Part shown: piece after piece, positions 22,239-32,922 of the stretch | Layout of the letters: each line of letters opens with the position of its first letter | How positions within the stretch are numbered: the stretch's first letter is position 1 | Source of the DNA: Candidatus Poribacteria bacterium | Lineage (GTDB): Bacteria > Poribacteria > WGA-4E > JAJDTR01 | Direction of reading: 5' to 3' | Assembly: GCA_965222225.1 (NCBI GenBank) | Contig: CBDCTK010000002.1 | Span: 5,184,001 to 5,248,000, forward strand | DNA: 64,000 bases | Notes under the pieces: model-generated | Seen by the model: only the letters and a program-made list of their open reading frames with translations | Database searches by the model: none | Told to the model about the DNA's origin: nothing | Position numbers and translations under genes: made by a program

Positions 22239-23270
22239 ATGAGGCTGGTACTACTTTCTTACAGTCACCACGGACGCAGCATGGCGCAGACAGCGCAAAA
22301 ACTTGGCCACGAAATTGTCGGCGTAATGGATGCCGAGGAGGAGCCGCGACAACGACTTGTCGATGACTTTCAATGCCCGGGATTCGATACCGCTGAATCT
22401 TGCCTCAATACTATCAAGCCGGATGCGGCGCTCGTGGCAGGTAAGCATGTCGAGATGCCTTCCCATATAGGTGCATGTGTGGATCAGCGCGTGCCGTACC
22501 TGTTGGATAAACCCTTTGCCGATTGTGCGGCGCGTCTGCGTCCGGTTGCCGAGGCGTCCGATAAACATGGCGTGTTCAGCGCGCTTACGTTGCCCAACCG
22601 CGCGAGTCAAATTGTGAGGGTGGTCCAAGGGATGGTCGAAGATGGCTCACTCGGCGACCTCGTCCTGTATAACAGCCGTTTGAATAATGGGCCTCCCTCT
22701 CGCTACGATCCGACGCCATCGTCTTGGCACAACGATCCGCAATTCTCCGGAGGCGGCTGTTGGGGAGTTGAAGCCGCCCACGGAATCGATACTTTTCTAC
22801 AATTCGTGGGTTACAAACCTATCACTGTCGTGGGCGCCGTCATGTCAAATGCCATGCACCGGCGTTGCGTTGAAGATGTCGCCATGGGTATTCTACGAAC
22901 GGACGATGGTGTGACCGGAATAGTCGAGTCGGGCTATTGCTATCCTTCGGGTGTACGCGCCGGCGATCATTTCTTCCGATTCGTTGGAACGAAGGCGTCA
23001 GTGTTTCAGCAGTACGACACACAAGGCCAGGCGGTCATTGAAGTTCACACCACCGAAGGTGTTGCAGTTGCCGAAAACGTCTCGCGCGGAGGTAACCAGG
23101 GCGTCATGGGCGAAGCCTTTTCGGCGATAAGCGAAGGACGTACCTTTGAACCAAACATCCTTACTGCGGTTCGCGTACTCGAAGTCCAAGATGCCGTCTA
23201 TGACTTCGCCCGGAAGTCAGCCATGACGAACGGTCCTCACGCAATGGGAACGCCCGCCCCGCGCCCATAG
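22239..23270 (+). CDS. Gfo/Idh/MocA oxidoreductase (divergent)
   Basis: LDKP, SGGG..HGID, VED motifs. Confidence 0.85.
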   Translation: MRLVLLSYSHHGRSMAQTAQKLGHEIVGVMDAEEEPRQRLVDDFQCPGFDTAESCLNTIKPDAALVAGKHVEMPSHIGACVDQRVPYLLDKPFADCAARLRPVAEASDKHGVFSALTLPNRASQIVRVVQGMVEDGSLGDLVLYNSRLNNGPPSRYDPTPSSWHNDPQFSGGGCWGVEAAHGIDTFLQFVGYKPITVVGAVMSNAMHRRCVEDVAMGILRTDDGVTGIVESGYCYPSGVRAGDHFFRFVGTKASVFQQYDTQGQAVIEVHTTEGVAVAENVSRGGNQGVMGEAFSAISEGRTFEPNILTAVRVLEVQDAVYDFARKSAMTNGPHAMGTPAPRP

Positions 23271-23626
23271 AACGCTTAGACCACTCGTGAACACAGTGAA
23301 TCCAACTCCTGTAGGAGCGATCAAGCGAGCGATTAGCAAGTGCGATAGAGATCTTGAAGGTGTATAGAAACGCCAATCCACTACGAATCAAGAGCCCCAG
23401 CGGGGCGACAGGTATGTAAGTTAACCCGTAACCATTCTGGAGGTTGGGTTGAACACAGAGAAACCCAACTCCTAGCTGATACTGTATGGGTTGATTGAAT
23501 AGATTAATGGGCGCCCCCACAACCAAAACCAGAAGTCATTGTCCTGCCATCCTAATATTTAAACCACTTTCCCTACTTGAATTACTATCCTCCGCTCACA
23601 ACCTGAGCCGATAGCGCAAAGTCACC

Positions 23627-24373
23627 ATGTCACAGTCCGAAGATGTCACAATTGATGAAATCGATTACCCGCTGGTTTATGTCCCGGAAGGATCATTTCT
23701 CATGGGAACAATCCCCACGGCCTTTCGGAAAACCGACCATGAAGAACCGCAGCGTGAGGTGACGCTTGACGCTTTTTACATTGGAAAACTTCCCCTGACC
23801 AATGCGCAGTATTCGCAATTCCTCGAGTTCAACGGTCACCATTTTCCCCATTTCCATGACAATCCGCGTTTCAACGCATCCAATTGCCCCGTTGTGGGAA
23901 TCAGTTGGTACGATGCCCTGGCGTTCCTGATGCGGCTCGATGAACTTAGCGGCAAGTCTTGCCGTTTGCCGACGGAGGCGGAGTGGGAAAAAGCCGCCCG
24001 TGGAACGGATGGACGAATATATCCGTGGGGAAATGAGTGGGATGTCTCAAAAGGAAACTTCGGCGAAATGCGGCTCAAGCGGACGACACCTGTTGGCAGC
24101 TATCCGAGCGGCGCCAGTCCTTACGGATGCCTCGACATGGGCGGCAATGTCTACGAATGGTGCAGCGATTGGTTCCACCCGGAAACGTACAAGTATGCCC
24201 CTGCAGACAATCCCGGCGGTGCGGCGGATGGCAGACGCAAAGTAATTCGCGGCGGCTCCTGGGTACCCCGCGGCGAATTTGCCGCACGATGCGCCAATCG
24301 GGCGGCTTATGAGCCAACGGAGAGGGTGCATAATGTCGGCTTTCGGATTGTGATTTCGGCGGCGGCTCGATAG
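23627..24373 (+). CDS. SUMF1/FGE-sulfatase domain protein
   Basis: GSFLMG, RLPTEAEWEKAARG, DMGGNVYEWC, RGGSW, GFR. Confidence 0.92.
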   Translation: MSQSEDVTIDEIDYPLVYVPEGSFLMGTIPTAFRKTDHEEPQREVTLDAFYIGKLPLTNAQYSQFLEFNGHHFPHFHDNPRFNASNCPVVGISWYDALAFLMRLDELSGKSCRLPTEAEWEKAARGTDGRIYPWGNEWDVSKGNFGEMRLKRTTPVGSYPSGASPYGCLDMGGNVYEWCSDWFHPETYKYAPADNPGGAADGRRKVIRGGSWVPRGEFAARCANRAAYEPTERVHNVGFRIVISAAAR

Positions 24374-24475
24374 CCTACACTTCGAGCTGAGTCCCTAAAG
24401 CTTGCCCGACACAGACCATAACCCGTTTCCCGCAAATTGATGGCATGTGTCGTACATCTCTCAGCCCTATCTAAT

Positions 24476-25549
24476 ATGGCGCCCAAAAACATCTCACAAT
24501 TTCGTCGTAATCTTTTGGCTTGGTTCAAGGCGCATCACCGCCAACTTCCTTGGCGCGAGACGAACAATCCATACCATATCTGGGTTTCAGAGGTGATGCT
24601 CCAGCAAACTCAGGCAATAAAGGTAGTGGAATACTACCAAGATTTTGTCGATAGATTTCCCGCGCTCCAACATCTGGCTAAGGCGGAACTGGATGATGTT
24701 CTAAAACAGTGGGAAGGTTTGGGATACTACGCCAGAGCGCGAAATCTGCGTAAAGCTGCCAAAATACTTGTAGATCAGATGGATGGGGAAGTCCCGGCGG
24801 ATTATGACTCGTTCCGAGAGCTGCCCGGCGTGGGTGACTATACCGCCGCGGCAGTGCAGAGCATAGCATTTAACAATCCGTATGCGGTTGTGGATGGGAA
24901 CGTGAAACGCGTAGTTGCCCGACTGTTCCTCATCGGTGCACCCGTGAATCAAAATGCCTCGGCGAAAATCTTCCAATCAAAAGCGGATTCTTTACTCGAC
25001 GGTGATGCTCCCGGACGTTTCAATCAAGCGATGATGGAACTCGGGTCAAGAATCTGCCGACCAAAATCCCCGCTCTGCGTTGTCTGTCCGGTAAACGATT
25101 TCTGTGACGCATTCCGGACGGCACGCCAAGACGAATTCCCCGTACGAGTGAAATCCAAGCCTACTCCCGAATATCACATTGCCGTGGGCGTTATTTACAA
25201 GGGAGATCGCGTTTTAATCACCCGGCGCAAAGCGGAAGGTTTGCTCGGCGGGTTGTGGGAATTCCCCGGCGGCAAAGTTGAACAGGACGAAACCGCCAAA
25301 GCCGCCTGTGTTCGAGAGATTCGGGAGGAAGTCGGTCTCTCTGTTGAAAAGGTAGATTTCCTTACGCGTATCAATCACGCCTATTCACACTTCAGAATTG
25401 GCGTAGATGTCTTTCGCTGTCACTATCGAGCACGCGAAGTGGTTTTGAACGGTCCCGTGGATTATCGGTGGATTCGGCTTGAGGAGATTGATCAATTCCC
25501 CTTCCCGCGTGCCAATCACAAATTCATCCCATTATTGAAAGCGAATTGA
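24476..25549 (+). CDS. mutY: A/G-specific adenine glycosylase with C-terminal Nudix domain
   Basis: WVSEVMLQQT, GLGYYARARNL, LPGVGDYTA, VDGNVKRV, 4Fe-4S Cys cluster. Confidence 0.95.
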   Translation: MAPKNISQFRRNLLAWFKAHHRQLPWRETNNPYHIWVSEVMLQQTQAIKVVEYYQDFVDRFPALQHLAKAELDDVLKQWEGLGYYARARNLRKAAKILVDQMDGEVPADYDSFRELPGVGDYTAAAVQSIAFNNPYAVVDGNVKRVVARLFLIGAPVNQNASAKIFQSKADSLLDGDAPGRFNQAMMELGSRICRPKSPLCVVCPVNDFCDAFRTARQDEFPVRVKSKPTPEYHIAVGVIYKGDRVLITRRKAEGLLGGLWEFPGGKVEQDETAKAACVREIREEVGLSVEKVDFLTRINHAYSHFRIGVDVFRCHYRAREVVLNGPVDYRWIRLEEIDQFPFPRANHKFIPLLKAN

Positions 25550-25791
25550 TATCATAGGAAACAACGACTATTATTCCGTATGTTTTGGGTTTGTAGTAGT
25601 GCAATTCATTGCACGTCCACAGATTGTGTTACGTAGGTTGGGTTAAACGGAAATCCACGAGACAGCGCACGCAGAACGCGTTTTCGAAATTCCATTTTGC
25701 CCGAAAGAGCCGAAATACGAGTGAAACCCAACACTCCATCCCGCACAATCTTCAATTCATCAAATCGTCAATTCCCCTCGTCATCTTGTTG

Positions 25792-25870
25792 GATCAAGCG
25801 AACGGATAGTGAAAGGATTTTCTATCGCCCTTGCTATTCACTCGGTTGATCGATAGAGATCCCATAGAGA
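25792..25870. repeat. 36-nt element containing an inverted copy of itself
   Basis: GATCAAGCGAACGGATAGTGAA[AGGATTTTCTATCGCCCTTGCTATTCACTCGGTTGAT]CGATAGAGATCCC. Confidence 0.75.
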
Positions 25871-25970
25871 TTTCCCGTTATTCCCTACGATTCCATAACA
25901 CGCGCTCACAAAGATGAAAAAGTCCGAAACCTCCCCACTCTCCTCACCACCACGTCTACATAACTTTTCC

Positions 25971-26016
25971 TTGACATTTAGCCCCGGTATAAGATATAAT
26001 TTAGGCAAGCCTAAAT
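25971..26016 (+). promoter_or_regulatory. Consensus sigma70 promoter overlapped by a DtxR/MntR-type operator
   Basis: TTGACA-18-TATAAT; palindrome ATTTAGGC-AA-GCCTAAAT at 25999-26016. Confidence 0.85.
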
Positions 26017-26067
26017 AATTTCAAAAGGCTAGACTAACTGATTTTTAGAACATGCTGGAGGCGCACG

Positions 26068-26721
26068 ATGCACACTCAGGCGGTTGAGGATTACCTCAAA
26101 GCAATCTACAAGCTGGCAGAAAGAAAAAGTAAAGTCACGACTTCCCTTTTAGCAGAATTCTTGGACGTAACGCCGGCCTCCGCGACAGGTATGCTCAAAA
26201 AGCTAAAGCAGATGAATCTGGCGGCCTATGAACCCTATAAAGGAGTGAGTTTGACCGAATCCGGACAGAAAATTGCTCTGGAGGTAATACGTCACCATCG
26301 TCTAGTTGAACTTTACTTGGCTGAAGCGCTCAACGTACCGTGGGACAAAGTGCATGAGGAAGCAGAGAAGTGGGAGCATGTGCTTTCTGAAGATCTTGAA
26401 GATCGGATTGATACGATACTTGGTCATCCGACTGCCGATCCGCACGGCGCGCCAATACCCAATCGAGATGGAACCGTCGCGATGCCTGCATTAAGCCCTT
26501 TGACGGTTCTCGAAGCTGGGCAGACAGGGATCATTGCCGAAGTGAGCGATCACGATTCGGCGCTATTGCGTTATCTTGGCGAGATGAATCTATACCCGGA
26601 AACGGAGTTCACGGTACTTGATATAGCGCCGTTTAATGGCCCGATAACCATCCGTAGCGAAAATTCCGAAAAGATCCTGGGTTCGGAAGTTGCGGGATAT
26701 ATTTTCGTGAGGTTAACCTAA
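26068..26721 (+). CDS. mntR: DtxR/MntR/TroR metal-dependent repressor with FeoA domain
   Basis: EDYLKAIY, RHHRLVELYL, EAEKWEH, DPHGAPIP. Confidence 0.9.
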   Translation: MHTQAVEDYLKAIYKLAERKSKVTTSLLAEFLDVTPASATGMLKKLKQMNLAAYEPYKGVSLTESGQKIALEVIRHHRLVELYLAEALNVPWDKVHEEAEKWEHVLSEDLEDRIDTILGHPTADPHGAPIPNRDGTVAMPALSPLTVLEAGQTGIIAEVSDHDSALLRYLGEMNLYPETEFTVLDIAPFNGPITIRSENSEKILGSEVAGYIFVRLT

Positions 26722-26800
26722 AGATATTCCGGTCTTGTAACCTTGTAGGGATCAACTGAGTAGTCTTTGTAGGGTGAGCGCTGCCCACCAGCCTTTAATT

Positions 26801-27736
26801 ATGCGTATACTTGGAATTGTCCTAATCATTGCCTCAACTGTGTTTCTCCCGTCTTGTGAACGACAGGGCAAAAACAAGGAGCACGACGATGGGCAATTTG
26901 ATGTCGTCGCGACAATTGGCATGATTGCCGACATCGTGAAAGTTGTCGGCGGCGATCATGTCAAGGTGACAGCGCTCATGGGTCCCGGCATAGACCCGCA
27001 TCTATACAAAGCGACCGCCGGAGACGTTTCGCGACTGACTGGTGCGAATATTATTTTCTATAACGGCTTGCATCTTGAAGCCAAGATGTCCGAAGTGCTG
27101 CGGCAGATGTCGAGTCGAGTAAAAACGGTTGCCGTTACCGATAGAATCGACCGCTCAATGTTGCTCGCTCCCCCCAAGTTTGAGAGCGCTTATGATCCGC
27201 ACGTCTGGTTTGATGTGACGCTTTGGAAAAAAGCGGTCGAAATTGTTCGCGATTCGCTTGTCAAGGCAGACGCCGAGCATTCGGAAACTTACGGACGAAA
27301 TTCAAAGGTTTATCTCGCGAGACTGGATGAACTTCACGAATACGTAAAGACCCAAGCGGGGCGTGTGCCGGAAAATCAACGCGTGCTTGTTACTGCGCAT
27401 GATGCTTTCAACTATTTCGGACAGGTTTACGGCTTTCAGGTACGCGGGCTGCAGGGTATCAGCACTGTAACGGAAGCCGGCACCGCGGACATTCAAGAGC
27501 TCGCTAAGTTTATTGTCCAACGGCGTATTCCCGCGATGTTCGTCGAAACCTCGGTGTCGTCGCGGAACATTGAGGCGGTACAGGCAGCGGTCAAATCACG
27601 AGGATTCGACGTAGAAATCGGAGGTCAATTGTTCTCTGATGCCATGGGTGATCCGGGAACGCCTGAAGGTACGTATATCGGCATGGTTCGTCACAACATT
27701 GACACCATTGTGAAATCCCTCGCGCCATCCGATTAA
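26801..27736 (+). CDS. troA: Mn/Zn/Fe ABC transporter substrate-binding lipoprotein
   Basis: Lipobox-like LPSC; DPHLY, DPHVW, HDAF, LFSDAMG. Confidence 0.9.
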   Translation: MRILGIVLIIASTVFLPSCERQGKNKEHDDGQFDVVATIGMIADIVKVVGGDHVKVTALMGPGIDPHLYKATAGDVSRLTGANIIFYNGLHLEAKMSEVLRQMSSRVKTVAVTDRIDRSMLLAPPKFESAYDPHVWFDVTLWKKAVEIVRDSLVKADAEHSETYGRNSKVYLARLDELHEYVKTQAGRVPENQRVLVTAHDAFNYFGQVYGFQVRGLQGISTVTEAGTADIQELAKFIVQRRIPAMFVETSVSSRNIEAVQAAVKSRGFDVEIGGQLFSDAMGDPGTPEGTYIGMVRHNIDTIVKSLAPSD

Positions 27737-28088
27737 TATCTGGCCATGTGGTAAATACTGCGCGCCAGAATTTAAAAGCCCCAGAGGGATCGAGCGAACG
27801 ATCAACTGAGCGGTTAGCGAGTGCGATAGGAATCTCATCTTGCCCCGCATTGGAGAGACTTGATTAACGCCAATAATGCACTGCGAATCTAGGGAAATGA
27901 TATATACCCAATGAGCTAAGCTTCACGTTCCAAAGACTGTGTCGCTAAGTCGTCGACAATCACGATTTGTGTCCTTTTCCAGCTAGTCATGGAACGACTG
28001 CCTAGCCATAAAATATTCAACTCCGTTACTACTATGATGGTAAATTGCATTCGTTCCGCGGCATGTTGATGTCGCGTAGGAGGGAAAA

Positions 28089-28931
28089 ATGCCAAGCTAT
28101 TCCGGAGAATCGGCGATTGAGGTCGAAGACCTCACCGTAGCCTACCGGGATCAACCTGTGCTCTGGGATGTCGATCTCAATGTTCCAGCCGGAGTCCTGA
28201 TGGCTATCGTCGGTCCCAACGGTGCCGGCAAAACCACACTTATCAAGGTGATTTTGGGCTTGGTGCGTGCGGCAGCCGGGCGCGTTTCAATCTATGGTCA
28301 GTCCTATTCTGTTCAACGTCGCCTTGTCGGTTACGTTCCGCAGCGAGGCAGTGTTGATTGGGACTTCCCCACAAGCGTGTTGGATGTCGTGATGATGGGA
28401 CGTTACGGCGCACTTGGTTGGATACGGCGCCCCGGATCCAGAGAACGAAAATTGGCGCTGGAAGCGCTGGAGAAAGTTGGAATGCAAGATCTGGCGCACC
28501 GACAAATCAGCCAACTCTCTGGCGGGCAACAGCAGCGTGTTTTTCTTGCACGTGCGCTTGTTCAAGACGCACAAATCTATTTCATGGATGAACCGTTTCA
28601 GGGTGTGGATGCCACAACCGAACGCGCGATTGTCGCGCTGCTGCAGGAGTTGCGTGCAGCGGGAAAAACACTCGTTGTAGTTCACCATGACTTACAGACG
28701 GTTGTGGACTACTTCGACTGGGTTACGCTGCTCAACGTGCGGCGCGTTGCAAGCGGGCCGGTCAGAGAGGTGTTTACCGAGAAAAATCTTCGGCTAACCT
28801 ACGGCGGGCGAATAGCCTTTCTTAATCGTGGGGAGGATGAACCTGCCGAAACACAAACCGCGCCTCATATAATTGCACCGGGGGAGGTCGAGAGTGATTA
28901 TACTGGAGTTGGGGAGAGACCTATTCCTTGA
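28089..28931 (+). CDS. troB: Metal ABC transporter ATPase
   Basis: [24 protein letters not shown]. Confidence 0.92.
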   Translation: MPSYSGESAIEVEDLTVAYRDQPVLWDVDLNVPAGVLMAIVGPNGAGKTTLIKVILGLVRAAAGRVSIYGQSYSVQRRLVGYVPQRGSVDWDFPTSVLDVVMMGRYGALGWIRRPGSRERKLALEALEKVGMQDLAHRQISQLSGGQQQRVFLARALVQDAQIYFMDEPFQGVDATTERAIVALLQELRAAGKTLVVVHHDLQTVVDYFDWVTLLNVRRVASGPVREVFTEKNLRLTYGGRIAFLNRGEDEPAETQTAPHIIAPGEVESDYTGVGERPIP

Positions 28932-30027
28932 TTATACGCTACGAACAGTGGCTTTGGGTTCGGCGACGCTCGGCGTTGTGAGTGGAGCTCTCGGTTCTTA
29001 TGCCGTGCTGCGGAAACAAAGCCTGCTCGGAGATGCAATCTCACACGCGACTTTGCCCGGCGTCGCATTGGCATTCCTACTGACACAAAGCAAAGCTCCG
29101 CTCGTCCTCGTTATCGGAGCGGCGATATCTGGATGGATCGCCACGCTGCTCGTAATCGGCATCGTCAACAACACTCGGATTAAAGAAGATAGCGCGCTCG
29201 GCTTGGTGCTTTCGGTCTTCTTTAGCGTGGGGATGGTTCTGCTTACGGTAATCCAGAAAATGCCTACCGCCAGGCAATCGGGCTTGGACACCTTCCTGTT
29301 TGGCCAAGCCGCCGCGCTCCTGGAGCGTGATGTCATAACAATGGCTTCGCTCGGCGGAGTGACTATCATCATTATGCTATTTTTTTGGAAGGAGTTTAAG
29401 TTACTTTGTTTTGACTCGGCTTTTGGTGCAAGCCTGGGATTCCCAATGGCGGTTCTTGATGTCCTGCTAGTTACGCTCCTCGTGGTTGCGATTGTAGTGG
29501 GGCTCCAAACGGTAGGTGTGGTGCTGATGAGTGCGATGGTTGTGGCTCCCGCTGTCGCGGCACGACAGTGGACAAATCGGCTCGGAGGAATGGTTGTTCT
29601 CTCTGCGCTTTTTGGCGCGATTGCCGGTGTCAGTGGAACTGTCATAAGCAGCAGTGCGGTTCAGATTCCCACAGGTCCGACTATTGTGCTTTCTATCAGC
29701 GTAATTGTGGTGCTATCGATTACCTTCGCCCCAAACCGCGGACTCGTCTGGAATTGGATTCTCAATCAGCGTGAACGTAGAAAACTCCAAATCGAAGTCG
29801 TATTAAACGACCTCTACACGCTTGCATCACAACACGCAGACCCCCGTCACAGTCATTCCACCGCGGTCTTGGAGGCGATGAGCGCAAACCGGAGTAATGT
29901 GCGCAACAGTCTCAGAGAGTTAGCCTCGCGCGGTTGGGTTGAAAACGTCAATTCAGACGAATGGGCGTTGACATCCGAGGGAGTTATTCAAGCGCGGTAT
30001 GTTACCAGTCGGGGATCAAGGGAGTGA
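28894..30027 (+). CDS. troC: Metal ABC permease (ABC-3) with C-terminal wHTH-like extension
   Basis: [19 protein letters not shown]; GTG start after GGGAGG; stop codon lies inside a 36-nt element. Confidence 0.88.
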   Translation: MIILELGRDLFLDYTLRTVALGSATLGVVSGALGSYAVLRKQSLLGDAISHATLPGVALAFLLTQSKAPLVLVIGAAISGWIATLLVIGIVNNTRIKEDSALGLVLSVFFSVGMVLLTVIQKMPTARQSGLDTFLFGQAAALLERDVITMASLGGVTIIIMLFFWKEFKLLCFDSAFGASLGFPMAVLDVLLVTLLVVAIVVGLQTVGVVLMSAMVVAPAVAARQWTNRLGGMVVLSALFGAIAGVSGTVISSSAVQIPTGPTIVLSISVIVVLSITFAPNRGLVWNWILNQRERRKLQIEVVLNDLYTLASQHADPRHSHSTAVLEAMSANRSNVRNSLRELASRGWVENVNSDEWALTSEGVIQARYVTSRGSRE

Positions 30028-30084
30028 ATAACGACCAATCAAGCGAACGAACAGTGAGTGCCATAGAGTTCCCATAGAGATCTC
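30014..30084 (+). repeat. Nested pair of 36-nt elements
   Basis: GATCAAGGGAGTGAATAACGACCA[ATCAAGCG...GAGTTCCC]ATAGAGATCTC. Confidence 0.75.
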
Positions 30085-30200
30085 CTTGCCTCGCCGGCTC
30101 TGCGCGGCGACAGGACATCTAACTCCACACAAGTTTTTTTTGCTTGCCACACGCAATCAATGCACTTGAATTATAGAGAAATGGTATACGGAGCGCCGAT

Positions 30201-31310
30201 ATGTCGTCCGAAGTGTTAGAGATTCAGTTGATTGCGGTAGTTGTGGCGGTCGCGTGCGTCATGCCGGGTGTGTTTCTCGTATTGCGCCGTATGGCAATGA
30301 TGAGTGATGCTATCAGCCACGCCATTCTAGTGGGGATTGCGCTCGCTTTCTTCGTTACAGCCGATCTTAATTCGCCGCTTCTAATTATCGCAGCCACTGC
30401 TACCGGCGTGCTAACCGTAGTTCTCGTAGAGTTACTGAATCGTACGAGGCTGATACGTGAAGACGCCGCCATCGGAATCACGTTTCCCGCGCTGTTTAGT
30501 GTTGGCGTAATACTTATTGCCCGCCATGCGGGTGACGTTCACCTTGACACTGACGCCGTATTATTGGGAGAACTGGCTTTCGCGCCGTTTAATCGCTTCG
30601 AGCTTTTCGGACACGATTTTGGCCCGCGTGCGCTCTGGGCTATGAGCGCTATCCTGTGCATCAACGTCGCCTTCATAGCGTTTTTCTATAAGGAGTTAAA
30701 GCTGGTTACGTTCGACGCGAACCTTGCCGCAACCCTCGGTTTCTCTCCCGTACTCATTCACTACGGTTTGATGACACTGGTTTCAGTTACGGTGGTTGGG
30801 GCGTTCGATGCGGTCGGTTCAATCTTGGTGGTTGCCTTGATGATCGCGCCTCCCGCCACGGCATACCTACTTACCAATCGACTGTCCCGAATGATTGGGC
30901 TAAGCGGTTTAATTGGTGTCGCAAGCGCGATTGCGGGGTACTGGTTCGCGCACTATCAAGATGCCTCAATCGCCGGTTCGATGGGATTGATGACCGGAGT
31001 TTTCTTTGCCATGGCTTTTCTATTTGCACCGAATCGCGGCATCGTTGCCATCGCTCGCCGCCGCGCTAGTCAACGGTGGGAATTCGCGCAGACAATGCTT
31101 GCCATTCATCTTTTCAGCCACGAAGGGCTGCCCGAAGCGGAAAGGGAGGCGCACGTTTATCACCTCAGCAGCCATCTCCATTGGGAACCGGATTTCGCGC
31201 AACAAGTAGTCCGAAACGCCGAGCGTCACGGATTCATTCGCAATCAGGCGGGGCGGTTAGATTTGACCGAGCAGGGGCGAGAAATGGCGCAACAAGCACT
31301 TGTAGGGTAA
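30201..31310 (+). CDS. troD: Metal ABC permease (ABC-3) with C-terminal wHTH-like extension
   Basis: SDAISHAIL, REDAAIG, HLDTDAVLLGE. Confidence 0.88.
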   Translation: MSSEVLEIQLIAVVVAVACVMPGVFLVLRRMAMMSDAISHAILVGIALAFFVTADLNSPLLIIAATATGVLTVVLVELLNRTRLIREDAAIGITFPALFSVGVILIARHAGDVHLDTDAVLLGELAFAPFNRFELFGHDFGPRALWAMSAILCINVAFIAFFYKELKLVTFDANLAATLGFSPVLIHYGLMTLVSVTVVGAFDAVGSILVVALMIAPPATAYLLTNRLSRMIGLSGLIGVASAIAGYWFAHYQDASIAGSMGLMTGVFFAMAFLFAPNRGIVAIARRRASQRWEFAQTMLAIHLFSHEGLPEAEREAHVYHLSSHLHWEPDFAQQVVRNAERHGFIRNQAGRLDLTEQGREMAQQALVG

Positions 31311-31405
31311 ACGAATCTCCCCTCTTCCCCGGCGTTGCTGCTCGTCTGGCGTTTGCCATTGCTTGCCACTCTCCACTGTTTTTCCCCTTCCATTCTTCTC
31401 TCTTC

Positions 31406-32512
31406 TCACTTTGTCGCCTTGACGCTTCCCCACGTCGTCACGCGTTTCCCTTTTGACTCGACAGAAACTCCCTCCGTTGTGACGGCGAACACTTCACAAT
31501 TTTCAATGCCTACCGCATCACCAAGGAGGGCATCCACACGTCGCTGACCATTTATCGAATCCTCACCAACCCAAATCGCTTCACGGATGTGCGTGCCGTC
31601 GGTAATCTGGATATTGTCCGCCATCATGCCGAACTTCCCGAATGATGTTGCGCGATCTCCCCGTTTCTCCGTCCCGAGACTGATTGCCACGATTGTCTCG
31701 CCCGCGAGTTGATTCAATGCAACCCGATAATGCATCCAGTCCGTGTCGATAGCAGTTATAGATTCCCCAATTTGGTTTCCTTCTGCCGTATGAACAAATA
31801 CCCCTCCGCTCCTATAGACGCTCTCCACCGGGAATGCCAGCTGAAATTCCAAAAACGTGCCCGCCTCAGCCGTTGTTTCACCCTCCCAAATAGGAATGAA
31901 ACATTGAACAGGTGCGTTCGGTTTGGCAATATCTCCTTGCAACAAGAGGAATTTATCCCCTCGAATGTGTTCGGTGATGGTAAACTCGGGCGCCTCAATC
32001 CTTCCGGGAACGGTTGTAACACCTAACCGCATGCCGTCCGGGGTCGACAACTCAACATCTACAAGCTCAATCGCGGAGTCTTTGTATTCGAGTATCTCAA
32101 AAGTTACGCTCAATAGTGTGCCCTCATTGGCCCCGACACCGATTAAGGATGCCGCCGCAATGGGCGGTGCGAGTGTGGCAGTGTCAGTCGCCAAATCGGC
32201 TTGTACGCCATTGGGTTCGATGAGGAAAACTTCAATATTCGCAAGGTTCCTGATATTCGGGTCGCCGGGCAAATAATCACTGAACTCCACGCCGACAAAC
32301 GAGAGAGCAATCGCGTCAAATTTGAGATTAAGTTGATAGGCGGAGACATTCTCTGCGTTCGAGATATTCACATGAATTACAAGGTTTTCACCTACAAGTG
32401 GCGAGTCGATTACCGCCGGATTGATCGATACAACCGCCTCTGCAAATACCAACGACGGGATAGTCAGGCATATCGCTGCTAAACAAGCAATCATCCTGAA
32501 AAAACTATTCAC
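31406..32512 (-). CDS. Secreted cohesin-domain protein with TTWG tail
   Basis: Signal peptide; NVSAYQLNLKFD...GTLLSVTFE cohesin-like; tail VSVESKGKRVTTWGSVK. Confidence 0.75.
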   Translation of the reverse strand: MNSFFRMIACLAAICLTIPSLVFAEAVVSINPAVIDSPLVGENLVIHVNISNAENVSAYQLNLKFDAIALSFVGVEFSDYLPGDPNIRNLANIEVFLIEPNGVQADLATDTATLAPPIAAASLIGVGANEGTLLSVTFEILEYKDSAIELVDVELSTPDGMRLGVTTVPGRIEAPEFTITEHIRGDKFLLLQGDIAKPNAPVQCFIPIWEGETTAEAGTFLEFQLAFPVESVYRSGGVFVHTAEGNQIGESITAIDTDWMHYRVALNQLAGETIVAISLGTEKRGDRATSFGKFGMMADNIQITDGTHIREAIWVGEDSINGQRRVDALLGDAVGIENCEVFAVTTEGVSVESKGKRVTTWGSVKATK

Positions 32513-32922
32513 AATTGTCCTCCCTGACGCAACTAAAATCTTGATAGTGCTTTACAAACTAAATCATAATGCCTAGAATACCGCAGTTCTCCATGCTACG
32601 CTAGCCTATAATTACCCCCGACACCCGAATTTAGTTCCATCCTTTGGAAATCGGTTTCGGGATATTTTACTGAGCTTTAACGCTTGAAGCACTCGAATTT
32701 CGACAACAGCCAGCATCGCAAAGTGCATATTGTAGTGTTGAAATTTCGGCGATGTCAAGGAGTTTCATCGAACCGGTCGCGCCAATCGCAGTAGGAGCGA
32801 TCTCCGAATCGTGACAGGTCAGTTCAGTGTTGCAACACGCTTTCCGCTCTGGAGCAAATTATCGTCATAGCTTCTCCCCTTCCTTCGTTCCAATCTTCCA
32901 TCCTTCCAATCTCTCAATTCCC

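Noticed and set aside
19544-23270. Three adjacent Gfo/Idh/MocA genes as a novel pathway
   Set aside because: The family is commonly expanded, and there is no substrate clue or partner enzyme.
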